A stretch of 64,000 nucleotides of DNA from Nostoc sp. DedSLP01. Lineage in GTDB: Bacteria; Cyanobacteriota; Cyanobacteriia; Cyanobacteriales; Nostocaceae. The position numbers and the translations under genes were made by a program. The notes below the pieces were generated by a model. The model saw nothing but the letters and a program-made list of their open reading frames with translations. It was not told the origin of the DNA and did not search any database. This document shows positions 49,429 through 60,560 of this stretch, piece after piece (within the stretch, counting starts at the first letter, position 1; each line of letters opens with the position of its first letter). The stretch covers positions 160,001-224,000 of the forward strand of contig JAVRCJ020000005.1 of assembly GCA_034530875.2 (NCBI GenBank), in the 5' to 3' direction.

Positions 49429-49820
49429 TAGCTACTCCTTATTTAATTATTAATTAATTTACTCATTCATGATAATTGATAAGTACGTAACAGACTATTC
49501 GTAAACGTACTTAGTCGATATAATTAACCAATCTAGCCTATCCACAACGATAAAAAATGCCAAGATTGATACTCAAATTCTCACGGGCTATTACACATAG
49601 ATTATCTATTTTTAGATTCTAAATTTAATTTTGTTTGCAATTAAATGTTTAGGAAAATTTTATTTTCCCATCACAATAAGCATTTAGTTAATTAGAAATA
49701 ATTACTAAATCCTCAAGTTACTAATATTATTTTTGGAGTTATTTGTTTTTGTTCGCTGCAATATAAAAAAGTCATACGAATCCATCAGAGTAGTTTAGAC
49801 TCCAATTCTTTCTTGAGCTA

Positions 49821-49933
49821 TAGAACTCATATTTGATTTTTGAAGAACTCGTAGAGAGAGGCAACTCTTAACAGGGAACGGGGAACAGGTGAAAAAGTGT
49901 ACCTAGCCTCGCAAAAACCAAATATGAATCCTA
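49821..49933. mobile_element. MITE with about 22-bp terminal inverted repeats
   Basis: TAGAACTCATATTTGATTTTTG ... CAAAAACCAAATATGAATCCTA. Confidence 0.7.
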
Positions 49934-50180
49934 ATTGATAGTCAGTATTGAGAATTCAGCAGATTTTGAGGCTCAAACTTAATAATAAACAATAAAAGGA
50001 ATAATTCATAGCACCATTATTTTTCAACATTCTAGATTTTGAATGCTGACTTTGCTTTGAGAAGTCTTAGATAAGTTGTAACTATCAAATTAATGATTTT
50101 AATTACGAGCAAACTCTATCCACAGGTAAGTGTTATATAGTTAGCTTACCGCTATAATGCCAAGGTTAACAGAAAGTTAA

Positions 50181-50284
50181 GAGTTAACGAAGGTAGGGGT
50201 CAGGAGGCAGGAGGCCGTTTTTGTAACGAGGATTTATACCCCGTGATAAAAACTTTTCGCCTTATAAGGCGAAGTTTTAGACCT
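50181..50284. repeat. About 100-bp dispersed repeat, copy 1
   Basis: Near-identical inverse complement of 52786-52932. Confidence 0.88.
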
Positions 50285-50295
50285 GATTGTTTCGA

Positions 50296-51621
50296 TTAAG
50301 CGATACAGGAATTAATCAAATCTTCAACGCCTGCCACTGGTAAGATATTTGTCTGCAATTTACTTGCTAATTCTTCAACACTCATATCATCCAAAAATAC
50401 CAATTCACCATGCTTTAACATCACCTTTGGTAGCAAAATCCCATCGCCTAAATCTTCCCCTGCTAGATGCAAAAGCAAGTCATGACCAGTTAATAATCCT
50501 GTGACGCTAATCTCCTGTCCCCAGTAATCACTAGATAAAGCACGCATATTTACTTCCAAACCTTCAACCGAATTTAAGCGCTGTAAAATCGGTTGAAATG
50601 CTTTTTCGACAGTGTTACCGACTACCCAAGTAAATTGTCTCTGAGGATAGACTTTTGGTGGTAGTAATTCTGCCGCAGCGGTGGCAAATTGTTTGATAAA
50701 TAATTGAATCGAACCAACGCCGTTATCTATTTGAGGATATTCTTCATATTCAGATTCGCTTGGTAATTCTTCACCTGCAATTAAAAACCACTCATCGGCT
50801 AACCAAGCAACGTTAGAGCCGAATTTTTGGCGAAATTGTTGCGAAAGCATTTTGACTTGGGAAATCACTTCTTTAGCTTTTTCTCTAGTTACGGGTGTGA
50901 GTTCATCTTCTTGGGGACGAAATCGTGTTAACCCAACGGGTACAACTGCAACTGACGCAACTGTAGGCACTTCACCAGTATGGAAGGAGGCTAAATCTTT
51001 AAGAGTTTGTTCCAGATGTTTGCCATCATTGATGCCAGGACAAACAACTACTTGGGCATGAATTTGTAGCCGTCTTTGTTGAAACCACTTGAGTTGTTGT
51101 AAAATTTGACCCGCACGTGGATTTTTTAGCAATCTAATTCTCAGTTCAGGTTCCGTAGCATGAACGGAAACATACAATGGAGACAAACGCATCTGTTCGA
51201 TGCGCCGCCATTCTCTTTCTGGTAGATTGGTCAGAGTAAGATAAGAGCCGTACAAAAAGCTCAAACGATAATCATCGTCTTTCAAATACAAGCTAGAACG
51301 CTTACCTGGTGGCTGTTGGTCGATAAAGCAAAACGGACAGCGGTTATTGCACTGAATTAAGCCATCAAAGAGAGCAGTTTCAAATTCTAAACCTAAATCT
51401 TGGTCGTAGTCTTTTTCGATTTCAATGTGATGGGTTTTACCAGCAGCGTCTAAAACTTCTAATTCTAAAACTTCATCAGCACATAAAAATTGATAATCAA
51501 TTAAATCGCGGGGACGCGTACCATTAATAGCAACGATCGCATCCCCCGCCTCAAAGCCAATCTCTGCGGCTATAGAATCAGGTAAAACTCTAGTAATACG
51601 GGCAGGTTGAATGGTAGACAT
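50296..51621 (-). CDS. PDZ-domain radical-SAM-like Fe-S protein (TIGR03279/DUF512-like)
   Basis: N-terminal PDZ, CNNRCPFC motif, KDDDYRLSFLYG; start reassigned to ATG at 51621 because the upstream extension is repeat-derived. Confidence 0.88.
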   Translation of the reverse strand: MSTIQPARITRVLPDSIAAEIGFEAGDAIVAINGTRPRDLIDYQFLCADEVLELEVLDAAGKTHHIEIEKDYDQDLGLEFETALFDGLIQCNNRCPFCFIDQQPPGKRSSLYLKDDDYRLSFLYGSYLTLTNLPEREWRRIEQMRLSPLYVSVHATEPELRIRLLKNPRAGQILQQLKWFQQRRLQIHAQVVVCPGINDGKHLEQTLKDLASFHTGEVPTVASVAVVPVGLTRFRPQEDELTPVTREKAKEVISQVKMLSQQFRQKFGSNVAWLADEWFLIAGEELPSESEYEEYPQIDNGVGSIQLFIKQFATAAAELLPPKVYPQRQFTWVVGNTVEKAFQPILQRLNSVEGLEVNMRALSSDYWGQEISVTGLLTGHDLLLHLAGEDLGDGILLPKVMLKHGELVFLDDMSVEELASKLQTNILPVAGVEDLINSCIA

Positions 51622-51704
51622 GGGAATAGGGCATGGGGCATTGGGCATTGGCGATTCATTAATGACCAATGACTAATGACTAGTGACTAATAACTATTAT
51701 GTAA

Positions 51705-52529
51705 TTATCCTTGCCAGCCTGCTGCGATCGCTAATAAGATAACAGTGCCGAAGGCTAATCTATACCACACAAAAATCAAAGTATTTTTAGTTGCTAAGTA
51801 TTTAATCAAGAAGGCTATTGACAGGTAGGAAAAAATAAAGGTTGAAATAATTCCTACAATTAAGAGTGCAACAATGTTATCTGGTAACTGTTGGGCTTGA
51901 AATAATTTGAAGATTTTCAGACTTTTATATAGGGTTGCAATAGTAAGCGTGGGAAACCCTAATAAAAATGAAAATTTTGCTGCTGTAGCGCGTTCTAATC
52001 CTAAAAATAACCCAGTTGTCAGCGTTGACCCAGAACGAGAAACACCAGGAATCAAAGCAAGTGTTTGTCCTAAGCCCACTAAAATACCATCGCGAATCTG
52101 CAATGACTCGAAACCCCGCTTCCGAGTGCCAATTTTTTCTGCCAACCCTAGTAAAAGTGCCATGATAATTGACATGATAGCAATAATTAAGGCACTCTCA
52201 GGAATAACATCTTTCAAAAGAAAGCCGACAATTAAAGCAGGCAGCGTTCCCACTGCAATGCCTACAAGAATTTTCCATTCTTCGCGTTCCCAGTCTTTCT
52301 GTTTTAGCGCTTCAATTCCACCTTTGAGGACATTAGAAATCAGCGACCAAAAGTATCCCACAATTGCGATAACGCTACCAAATTGAATTGCATCGACAAA
52401 ATCTTTAGAACCTAGCTCTTTCCAACCAAATACTTTGGTCACAATTAGCAAATGTGCAGTGCTGCTGATTGGTAAAAACTCTGTAATACCTTGAACGATA
52501 CCTAAAATAAAAGCTTGAATAAACTCCAT
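51705..52529 (-). CDS. uppP: Undecaprenyl-diphosphate phosphatase
   Basis: QGITEFLPISSTAH and PGVSRSGST motifs. Confidence 0.95.
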   Translation of the reverse strand: MEFIQAFILGIVQGITEFLPISSTAHLLIVTKVFGWKELGSKDFVDAIQFGSVIAIVGYFWSLISNVLKGGIEALKQKDWEREEWKILVGIAVGTLPALIVGFLLKDVIPESALIIAIMSIIMALLLGLAEKIGTRKRGFESLQIRDGILVGLGQTLALIPGVSRSGSTLTTGLFLGLERATAAKFSFLLGFPTLTIATLYKSLKIFKLFQAQQLPDNIVALLIVGIISTFIFSYLSIAFLIKYLATKNTLIFVWYRLAFGTVILLAIAAGWQG

Positions 52530-52785
52530 AATACTTTGTTCCTATTGTCAAAAAAAAGAACGAACATTGTTTCAGTAATGATGTTATTTTATATACTTTT
52601 GCCTGCACCCAATCTAATAGAGAATTCAATTTTAGCGATCGATAACATCATCTAAGACGCTGACCATGTTCTTACACCCATGTCAATAAGTCAACGCAAT
52701 TTTGCCAATTCATCAAACTTTAATATTTAGCAAACCAGAACAGAACAAAGACAGGTGGAACAAAATTCTCCTTTATCGAAACAAT

Positions 52786-52932
52786 AGGGTCTAAAACCGT
52801 ACTTCGTCCCGCTACGGAAAGCGGAGTGTCTCATAGAGAAGAGAAGACAGCCTTTTAAGGCGAAAAGTTTTTGTCACGGGGTATAAATCCTCGTTACAAA
52901 AACGGCCTCCTGCCTCCTGCCTTCGTTAACTC
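52786..52932. repeat. Dispersed repeat copy 2 (inverted) with extra internal insert
   Basis: Matches copy 1 except for about 50 extra bp at 52798-52849. Confidence 0.88.
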
Positions 52933-53061
52933 CTTGTCCCCTTATCCTCTTCAAGGATGCTGCTTTTCACCAAATTTGAGTATAATAACAATGCCCCAGG
53001 GGGGGATTTTAAAGTGTGATATCTTAAATAAGATAAAGTTTAGTAACGATTATTAAAAGCT

Positions 53062-53841
53062 TTGATTAATACTACCTTGCCCTCCTACACAGCTCCTATT
53101 CCTTCTCTAGATACTGAATTGGATATTTCTAATACCAAGACTACGGATATCAAAAAATTGGAATCTACCCTCTCTTCTTCTCCTTCGCTGCCTTTGTCCA
53201 TCTCTTCTCGACAAACATGGTTAGTATTTGCAGCGGCAGTATTTTTAGTATCAGTACCCGTATTTATAGAAGCACCAATAGTGCGATCGCTACCAAGTTT
53301 GAGCGTAGTGCTAACAGGATTTTGGGTATGGCTAAGTTTGAGATTAATGTCACGTCCTGCAACATATCTCTGGGGAGATTTGCTTTTCGGGTTTAGTTGG
53401 AGTTGGTTGGCAGGAGCAATTTACTGGGGTTGGTTGCGTTGGGAACCTTTATGGCATTTACCAGTGGAATCTATCGGCTTACCATTTGCTTGCTGGTGTT
53501 TGGTAAAAAATTGGGGCAAAGTCGGTAACTGGTTTTATTTAGGTTCTTTATTCGGTACAGCATTAACTGATGTATATTTTTATATTGTGGATTTGATGCC
53601 GTCTTGGCGACAAATCATGAAAGCAGATGTCAATAGCACGTCACAAATTTTACATAATGCTTTAATACAGGTACAAACACCTTGGGGTCAAGCTTGGGCA
53701 ATAATTCTCGCTCTAGTGCTGTTAACAGTGGGAATTTTATCTTTACAAGGAACCCAAAGACATTGGTATGCCTTTGGTGGCGCAGTTTTAAGCACAATTT
53801 TGGTAGATAGCTTATTTTTGTTTGCTGCGATCGCAGCCTGA
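53062..53841 (+). CDS. DUF3120-like membrane protein
   Basis: FLVSVPVFIEAP, WHLPVE, FYLGSLFGTALTD; multiple TM helices. Confidence 0.8.
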   Translation: MINTTLPSYTAPIPSLDTELDISNTKTTDIKKLESTLSSSPSLPLSISSRQTWLVFAAAVFLVSVPVFIEAPIVRSLPSLSVVLTGFWVWLSLRLMSRPATYLWGDLLFGFSWSWLAGAIYWGWLRWEPLWHLPVESIGLPFACWCLVKNWGKVGNWFYLGSLFGTALTDVYFYIVDLMPSWRQIMKADVNSTSQILHNALIQVQTPWGQAWAIILALVLLTVGILSLQGTQRHWYAFGGAVLSTILVDSLFLFAAIAA

Positions 53842-54300
53842 AAATAACAATTCCTAGATGAATCTACGCCACGCTAGCGATGATACTGTAGATAATGTTT
53901 AGTTAAGAAATATTACAATAGTTATCCCATAATATAAACCTCCTTTTAGCAGAGTTTACGGTACTGGATATCGCACAATTGCCTGCTTGGGAGTTAGAAT
54001 CAGCTAACCCAGAAAGATTTACTCTAACTGGGAATAATACCGTAATCTATAGATTGGAAAGGTGTTTCGGCTAAAGCAAACACTCTTAACCATTGGGAAA
54101 AATTTTTTACTAAAAGTACAGTCAAACCCAGTAACAGTAAATATTGTGGATATTAATACGCTGTATATTAGTTTCTGATGACTGCTGTGTTGATTAAGCT
54201 ATCAAGTTTTGTCCATTGTCTTCTAACGAATGACCGTGAACAATGAAAGTTGTTAGCTTAAAACTTTTATTTCTGTTTGATGGAAAGAGGTAAAAAAATC

Positions 54301-54729
54301 GTGAAAGGATTGGTGCGTTTATTAACAGTGTTTAGTTTGCTACTTGGTTGCTGGGGCTGGTTGGGAACAACTCAGATAGCCCAAGCTGCTAGTTTCAACA
54401 GTTTTGCTTTGCCCCAAGTCCCAGTTTTGGCAATTGAGCGCCAAAATAGTGCAGACAGGAAGCTAGCAACGGATTTTGGTAAAAAAATTGATTTGAATAA
54501 TACCAACGTCCGCGCTTTTCAACAGTATCCAGGGCTTTATCCCACCCTTGCAAGGCTCATCATCAAGAATGCTCCCTACAAAAACGTAGAGGATGTCTTG
54601 AATATTGAAGGATTGAGCGATCGCCAAAAAGAAGTCTTGCAAGCTAACTTCGATCGCTTCGCCGTAACAGAACCAGAGTCTGCCTTTATTGAGGGAGACG
54701 ATCGCTTTAACAACGGCATCTACAGATAA
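54301..54729 (+). CDS. psbU: Photosystem II 12 kDa extrinsic protein PsbU
   Basis: Signal peptide, [23 protein letters not shown]; start GTG 54301 or up to 24 nt upstream. Confidence 0.95.
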   Translation: MKGLVRLLTVFSLLLGCWGWLGTTQIAQAASFNSFALPQVPVLAIERQNSADRKLATDFGKKIDLNNTNVRAFQQYPGLYPTLARLIIKNAPYKNVEDVLNIEGLSDRQKEVLQANFDRFAVTEPESAFIEGDDRFNNGIYR

Positions 54730-54879
54730 CTGCACATTGCAGCTAATGTAGCAAATAGCAGCCCACTTCTAATTCTCAGGAGTGGGACACAATTATGAGT
54801 TAGGAGTTAGGAGTTAGGAGTTATGAGTTATGAGTTAAAAATACAAAACTCCTAATTCCTCACTTCTACCTTCCCTCTT

Positions 54880-54983
54880 ATCCCAATTTGAAAAAAAAAT
54901 GAGACAGATACACACCCTCAAACCCTTGTAATATCTAGTTTTATTAAATTTTGAATTTTGAATTTTGAATTTTGAATTGGTAT
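54880..54983. mobile_element. MITE-like element carrying (TTTTGAA)n, same family as 1841-2136
   Basis: Ends ATCCCAATTTGAA ... TGAATTGGTAT; aligns with both halves of the split element at 1841-2136. Confidence 0.7.
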
Positions 54984-54987
54984 TACC

Positions 54988-56745
54988 TTGCCTCAAATAG
55001 ATATTCCTAGCCAATTTGACGTTTTAGTAGTCGGTGCTGGCGCTGCTGGACTGTACACAGCGCTGTGTCTACCACAGTCTTTGCGAGTCGGCTTGATTAC
55101 CAAAGAAACCGTGGCTTTGTCCGCCAGTGATTGGGCACAAGGTGGTATTGCCGCAGCGGTTGCTCCGGAAGATTCTCCAACGCTGCACATTGAAGATACA
55201 ATCCGGGCAGGTGCAGGTTTATGCGATCGCACTGCTGTAGAATTTCTCGCCCAACATGCCCCTAGCTGCATCCAGTCTCTAGTTAACTTGGGGGTTGCTT
55301 TTGACCGTCACGGTCAAGCTTTAGCTTTAACCTTGGAAGCCGCCCATTCTCGCCACCGCGTTCTCCACGCCGCCGACACCACAGGGCGAGAAGTTACCAC
55401 CACCCTTACCGCCCAAGTTCTGCGCCGTCAAAATATTCAAGTCATCCAACAAGCTTTGGCTTTGAGTTTGTGGATTGAACCCCAAACTCATCAGCCTCTT
55501 GAAAAGTTCAGATCGGCGGAAGCCGCCGCTCCGACTTTTCGCTGTCAGGGAATTAGTCTGTTTTATCAAGGTAAAATTACATGGGTCAGAGCTCGTGCTG
55601 TGGTACTAGCAACCGGTGGCGGCGGCCAGGTATTTGCCCAAACCACCAACCCAGCAGTGAGTACAGGTGATGGCGTAGCGATCGCAGCTCGAGCTGGCGC
55701 TATCCTCCGCGATTTAGAATTTGTGCAATTTCATCCCACAGCCCTCACTAAACCTGGCGCCGATCGCTTTTTGATTAGCGAAGCTGTACGCGGCGAAGGG
55801 GCACACCTGATTGATAACGAAGGGCGGCGTTTTGCCTTTGACTACCACCCGGCTGGCGAACTGGCACCCAGAGATGTAGTTAGTAGAGCGATTTTTAGCC
55901 ATTTACAACGTACTGCCCTCGATCCCGCCACAGCCCATGTGTGGTTAGATATGCGCCCCATTCCCGCCGATAAAATTCGTCATCGCTTTCCCAACATCAT
56001 CAAAGTTTGTCAGCATTGGAATGTGGATGTCTTCAACGAACCAATTCCCGTAGCGCCTGCCGCCCATTACTGGATGGGCGGAATTGTGGCGGATTTAATG
56101 AATCGCACGAATATTCCTGGTTTATACGCAGTCGGTGAAACTGCTAGTACCGGCGTACATGGAGCAAATCGCCTTGCCAGTAATTCCCTACTAGAATGCA
56201 TCGTGTTTGGTGCCCAGATGGGTAATATTGATTTGTCAGATATTGAATTACCCATAGAAACGCCAGTACTACCATTGCGGCAATTTACTGCTGATGCCAG
56301 CGAGTGGCAGACTCAGCAAACCCAGCTAGAAACGCTCAGGGAAAAGTTGCCGCGCCTAGTATGGCAATATGCTGGTATTTGCCGAGAACAATCGGGATTA
56401 GAAACTGCGATCGCCACTGTAGAATCTTGGCAGCAAGATTTGGCTGCCTTGCCTTTAACTCAATTCTTGCTAGCTTTACATCCAGCAGAACCAGCTAGTT
56501 TAGACCTACCAGATGTTGAAGCCCAATTGCGACTGTGGGCAGAAACCCGAAATTTATTAGATGTAGCCGATTTAATTCTCAAAAGTGCCGCCTTTAGAAC
56601 CGAAAGCCGCGGCGGACACTACCGTTTAGACTATCCTCAAACAGATTCAGACTGGCAAGCCCATACACTTGTTCAAACAAACCGCTGGTGGAAATCTCCA
56701 CTATTGTCACCAGACGCGACCAAGGGCATTGAGCATTGCCCATAA
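54988..56745 (+). CDS. nadB: L-aspartate oxidase
   Basis: GAGAAG FAD motif, WAQGGIAA, QFHPT, HYWMGG, HGANRLASNSLLE, ESRGGH. Confidence 0.95.
   Translation: MPQIDIPSQFDVLVVGAGAAGLYTALCLPQSLRVGLITKETVALSASDWAQGGIAAAVAPEDSPTLHIEDTIRAGAGLCDRTAVEFLAQHAPSCIQSLVNLGVAFDRHGQALALTLEAAHSRHRVLHAADTTGREVTTTLTAQVLRRQNIQVIQQALALSLWIEPQTHQPLEKFRSAEAAAPTFRCQGISLFYQGKITWVRARAVVLATGGGGQVFAQTTNPAVSTGDGVAIAARAGAILRDLEFVQFHPTALTKPGADRFLISEAVRGEGAHLIDNEGRRFAFDYHPAGELAPRDVVSRAIFSHLQRTALDPATAHVWLDMRPIPADKIRHRFPNIIKVCQHWNVDVFNEPIPVAPAAHYWMGGIVADLMNRTNIPGLYAVGETASTGVHGANRLASNSLLECIVFGAQMGNIDLSDIELPIETPVLPLRQFTADASEWQTQQTQLETLREKLPRLVWQYAGICREQSGLETAIATVESWQQDLAALPLTQFLLALHPAEPASLDLPDVEAQLRLWAETRNLLDVADLILKSAAFRTESRGGHYRLDYPQTDSDWQAHTLVQTNRWWKSPLLSPDATKGIEHCP
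55501..55540. repeat. Palindromic small repeat inserted in frame in nadB
   Basis: GAAAAGT...CGGCGG-AAG-CCGCCG...ACTTTTC hairpin encoding EKFRSAEAAAPTF. Confidence 0.7.
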
Positions 56746-56813
56746 GAGGCACAGAGGCACAAGAGTGGAGTTGGAAGTTGCAGTAGGTTTTTACTTCTGC
56801 CCTCATTCGCCAT

Positions 56814-57050
56814 TTAACGAGTACCGCTACCATGCTGGCTGTCAGGGCCGCCATAATTTGGCGGGATATATATATCTTTTAAATTTTCCGAATTGACTTT
56901 ACCGGCGATTAAGGTGTCGTTGGCATTAGGGGGAAAACTACTAGCACTTGCAGTACTGAAAACACCTGTGTAAGCCACAATTTTTGGCATGATTATGTAT
57001 AAGCCTATACATAATATTAAAAACTTTGTGATTTCCAAGTTGATTTTCAT
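56814..57050 (-). CDS. Small putatively secreted peptide ending PPNYGGPDSQHGSGTR
   Basis: Basic and hydrophobic N-terminus, ASA cleavage-like site, Pro/Gly-rich C-terminus. Confidence 0.6.
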   Translation of the reverse strand: MKINLEITKFLILCIGLYIIMPKIVAYTGVFSTASASSFPPNANDTLIAGKVNSENLKDIYIPPNYGGPDSQHGSGTR

Positions 57051-57801
57051 GAGCTTCAGTAAATTTACTAGTTTTTGTCTAAAAAAGTATTTTTTTTATA
57101 AGATTACGTAAATATACGTAATTTGATTTAAACGATTCCAAAATTATTAATTTTTGCTGTTATATGGACAGGTAATTGCACTATTTAGATTGCAAATCAG
57201 CCCTATATATTGGCATTAAATACATGTAACATTTAAGAAATATTCCTAAATGTACTGTTTCTGCATCAGTCAAAAGTTAGATATGTTGATGAATTGCCAT
57301 CAGCCACTTGTCTACTTCATTGTTTATTAATAATATCTTAAGACTTTTAAGTATAAACCCTTAGTCAAAAAAAATATACCCCTAAAAAGCTATAAAATAA
57401 TACTTTAACTTTAGTGTACAATAATTAAACAAAAAAAATATATCTAAAATTTAAGTTATAAAACTTTTATCTGGTAAGGCTTATAGAAGTTATCTAACTA
57501 TCAAGCAAGTAAAAAATACTTAAGTACAGGTATAATTTTTTATGTAAAAAATATTTTTTTGAAAAAATATTTTTTTTTATTACTGAAACGACTAATTTTT
57601 GTTTACCTCTTCCATCGGGTTTAGTCTTTGGATATAAAAGCCAAGCTGTGTTGGGATTTTGGCTAAAATACTACCCCTACAAGTCTATGCAATGCCTTGC
57701 CAAAAGAGTGCTTTGGACGCGTCTCAAGTCTAGATTAAAAATTTAATAGTAAAAACGTTTACTTAATACATTCGGAATATGAAGGTTTAATTCTCGATTT
57801 A

Positions 57802-60006
57802 TTAAGCAAATTCGTAGCGATTTTTACCCAAACGTTTTGCACGGTACATTGCTGCATCTGCTTGTTTCATCAAAGTTTCACTGTCTTGGCTGTTGTATGG
57901 ATAGACACTAATGCCAATACTGGCAGAGACTCTGATTGCATATCCATCCAAAATAATTGGTCTGGTAATGCTGGTGAGAATTTTTTCAGCGACTTTAGCA
58001 GCTACCTGTACATTGGGAATTGCTCGTAAAATCACAGTAAATTCATCGCCACCCAAGCGAGAAACCGTATCGCTAGCGCGTAAAGAGTTGCTCAGCCGCC
58101 CAGCAATAGTCATCAGCAGGCGATCGCCCATCTCATGCCCGAGAGTATCATTGACTTGTTTAAAGCCATCTAAATCAATAAACAGCAGTCCCAACAACAA
58201 GTTATTGTGTTGCGCCCAGTGTAGGGACTCGTAAAGTTGTTCTGCAAAAAATTTGCGATTCGATAAACCAGTGAGGGGATCGTGATATGCCAAATAGCGC
58301 AAATGGTCTTCTTTGAGTTTTAATTCATTGTTAGAGCGAAATAACTCAGCAGCAGTGCGCTTGAGTTCTTCCTCCATCAACTTCCGTTGAGTAATATCTC
58401 GAATTACGCCAACTAAAAAGAAATTGCCAGCTGAGTCTTTGTGGAGCGATCGCTTAGTGGCAATTTGATGAGTTTGGCCATCTGCATCAGTAAATTCTTC
58501 TTCGTGTTCGTGGGGTTGCTGAGTCCGAAAAACTAGCTCATCTTGTTCTCGAAATACATCGGCTTCATGTTTAGGAAAAAAGTCATAATCTGACTTTTCA
58601 ATTAACACCTTATTCGGATAACCAATGAATCTACAATACGCCTCATTTAAAACAATCCACTGATGTTGTTCGTTTTTGACAAAAATTGGATCGGGGATCG
58701 TGTTAATGACGCGATGTAAAAACTCTTTCGAGCGTTTCCATTCTTCCTGTATATGGGCAATATGGCTGGTCATCCAAATAGCTGAAATTCCAAAAGTAAA
58801 CAGCCCAGGAATCAGCGGTATCCACCAACCATATAAAAAAGCTACATACCCGCTAAAAGTTAATATAAAGCAAGAAACTACGATACTGAAGAAGCTTTTA
58901 GTTGCATCTCTTATCCGCCATGTCGTACTAGCTCCCACATAAGACCAGCCTAAAATCCACAAAAATTCTAGTAATTCAGACCAGGTTTTGAGTAACGGTC
59001 TTCTTTGGAGAGCAGATGAGATTAACTCACTAATAAAATAAGCTTGTAACTGAATCCCAGGCACAGGCTTTGCTGTACCCATGAGACTGCTAGAATAGGG
59101 AATAAAAACAAAATCTTGGAGGCTGGGTGCAGTAGAACCAATAAGTATAATCCGGTCTTTAATTAAATCTTCTGGGACTCGATTAGCGAGTACATCACTA
59201 ATCGATACCTGACGAAAATGAGAAAATTCTACAGATGGATTTTGAGGTTTAGGTTTGGGAAAATTAGACAAAATTTGGTAGCCTCTAGCATCAGCTCCAA
59301 CATAAGCCCCATCATTAGATTTAAAACGAGTAAATACTGCCTTATTTAATTGCAAATATTCAGGGTTGCTTTTTGCTTTAGTCGGAGTAACGTTCTCTGA
59401 CTTTAAATACAATAAAGCCAACTTGAGGGCAAAACTTTCGTGTACGCGATCGTCAACATGCCAATACAACAAACTGCGACGTACTTTTCCATCAGGATCG
59501 TACAGCACATTGTTAAACCCCACTTGATTTTGATTGAGTCCGAGTGGAGGTGAAACACTAAAGCTTTTGTTTTTCTCATTTGCCAGCAGTTCAATACCAA
59601 TCAAGTTTGGCATTAACTGATAAACACTACGTAGTTCCCGATTACCAGGTTCTACTGGTAAATTTCGGTAGATATCCAAGCCAATAGCACGGGGTTTGTA
59701 GACATTTAGTTTTTGCAGCAACTCGGCAATATTCCGATCTGGAATTGGCCACGAACGTACTTCGTCTAAATAGACTTCATCAATCACAACAATGGTGATG
59801 CGTTCTTCTGGCGGTTCATTTGGACGTAAGCGAAAAAATTGATCTAAACCTGCCAATTCTAAGGATTGTAATAATCCGATAGAGCGCAAGAAGAGCACGC
59901 AGACTGCAACGCCAGCAGCAGTCATCAATTCTCTGTGTTCTCGACTAAGCGATTGTTTCAGCCCAAAGATGAAGCTGACAAAACGCTTGCCTAGCTGATG
60001 GTTCAT
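57802..60006 (-). CDS. CHASE2-TM-PAS-GGDEF diguanylate cyclase
   Basis: WPIPD, AIGLDIYR, DGKVRR, three TM helices, PAS, HDPLTGL, RLGGDEF. Confidence 0.93.
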   Translation of the reverse strand: MNHQLGKRFVSFIFGLKQSLSREHRELMTAAGVAVCVLFLRSIGLLQSLELAGLDQFFRLRPNEPPEERITIVVIDEVYLDEVRSWPIPDRNIAELLQKLNVYKPRAIGLDIYRNLPVEPGNRELRSVYQLMPNLIGIELLANEKNKSFSVSPPLGLNQNQVGFNNVLYDPDGKVRRSLLYWHVDDRVHESFALKLALLYLKSENVTPTKAKSNPEYLQLNKAVFTRFKSNDGAYVGADARGYQILSNFPKPKPQNPSVEFSHFRQVSISDVLANRVPEDLIKDRIILIGSTAPSLQDFVFIPYSSSLMGTAKPVPGIQLQAYFISELISSALQRRPLLKTWSELLEFLWILGWSYVGASTTWRIRDATKSFFSIVVSCFILTFSGYVAFLYGWWIPLIPGLFTFGISAIWMTSHIAHIQEEWKRSKEFLHRVINTIPDPIFVKNEQHQWIVLNEAYCRFIGYPNKVLIEKSDYDFFPKHEADVFREQDELVFRTQQPHEHEEEFTDADGQTHQIATKRSLHKDSAGNFFLVGVIRDITQRKLMEEELKRTAAELFRSNNELKLKEDHLRYLAYHDPLTGLSNRKFFAEQLYESLHWAQHNNLLLGLLFIDLDGFKQVNDTLGHEMGDRLLMTIAGRLSNSLRASDTVSRLGGDEFTVILRAIPNVQVAAKVAEKILTSITRPIILDGYAIRVSASIGISVYPYNSQDSETLMKQADAAMYRAKRLGKNRYEFA

Positions 60007-60560
60007 TCAGCCACTCCCAAAGTTCCGAAACTCGGCTTTCGATCCTCCTTCAGGAAAATATCCCAAGCATCTGGGGAATTTTCTTTGTATCTACACAAAT
60101 ATTGAGGAGGGCGATTTTCCTCAGGCGACTTGCATTTTTTCACTAATAACAAAAGCATATTGAGAGTAAGTTCAACAAACACACTTTCACGCTTGGCGCT
60201 GACATAATTACACCCCAAGGTGAATTAAATATGCTGCAAAAATAAATCAAAGTACACATTCATCAGACTCACTATACTTAATCAACTTCCTTCAATTTTC
60301 ACGGTATATACTTAAAAAAATACAAAATTTGATACAATGTATTTTCCGAAAAGAGAGGTATGCAAACTATTTCTTAAAGCTAGGTATCGAGCGTGTTTTA
60401 CTTGCCGCTTCTGAATTCAGAATTGGGTGTGAAACAATACTTATTACCTAACACCAATATTACCAAAAACAAAAAAGTTAACCGGAAATAGACTTGCTGT
60501 CTTTATCCAGTTAACTATGAGTCTAAAAGTCAACTTACCAAAAACGGTTTGTGTAGGGAA

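Noticed and set aside
51622..51669. N-terminal extension MVINESPMPNAPCPIP of the Fe-S protein
   Set aside because: Translation of heptamer repeats; ATG 51621 is the more plausible start
56814..56840. PatS/PatX-like heterocyst inhibitor
   Set aside because: Ends HGSGTR; lacks the RG(S/T)GR pentapeptide
60003..60218. 71-aa ORF overlapping the CHASE2 gene start
   Set aside because: No recognisable motif; likely promoter or UTR sequence
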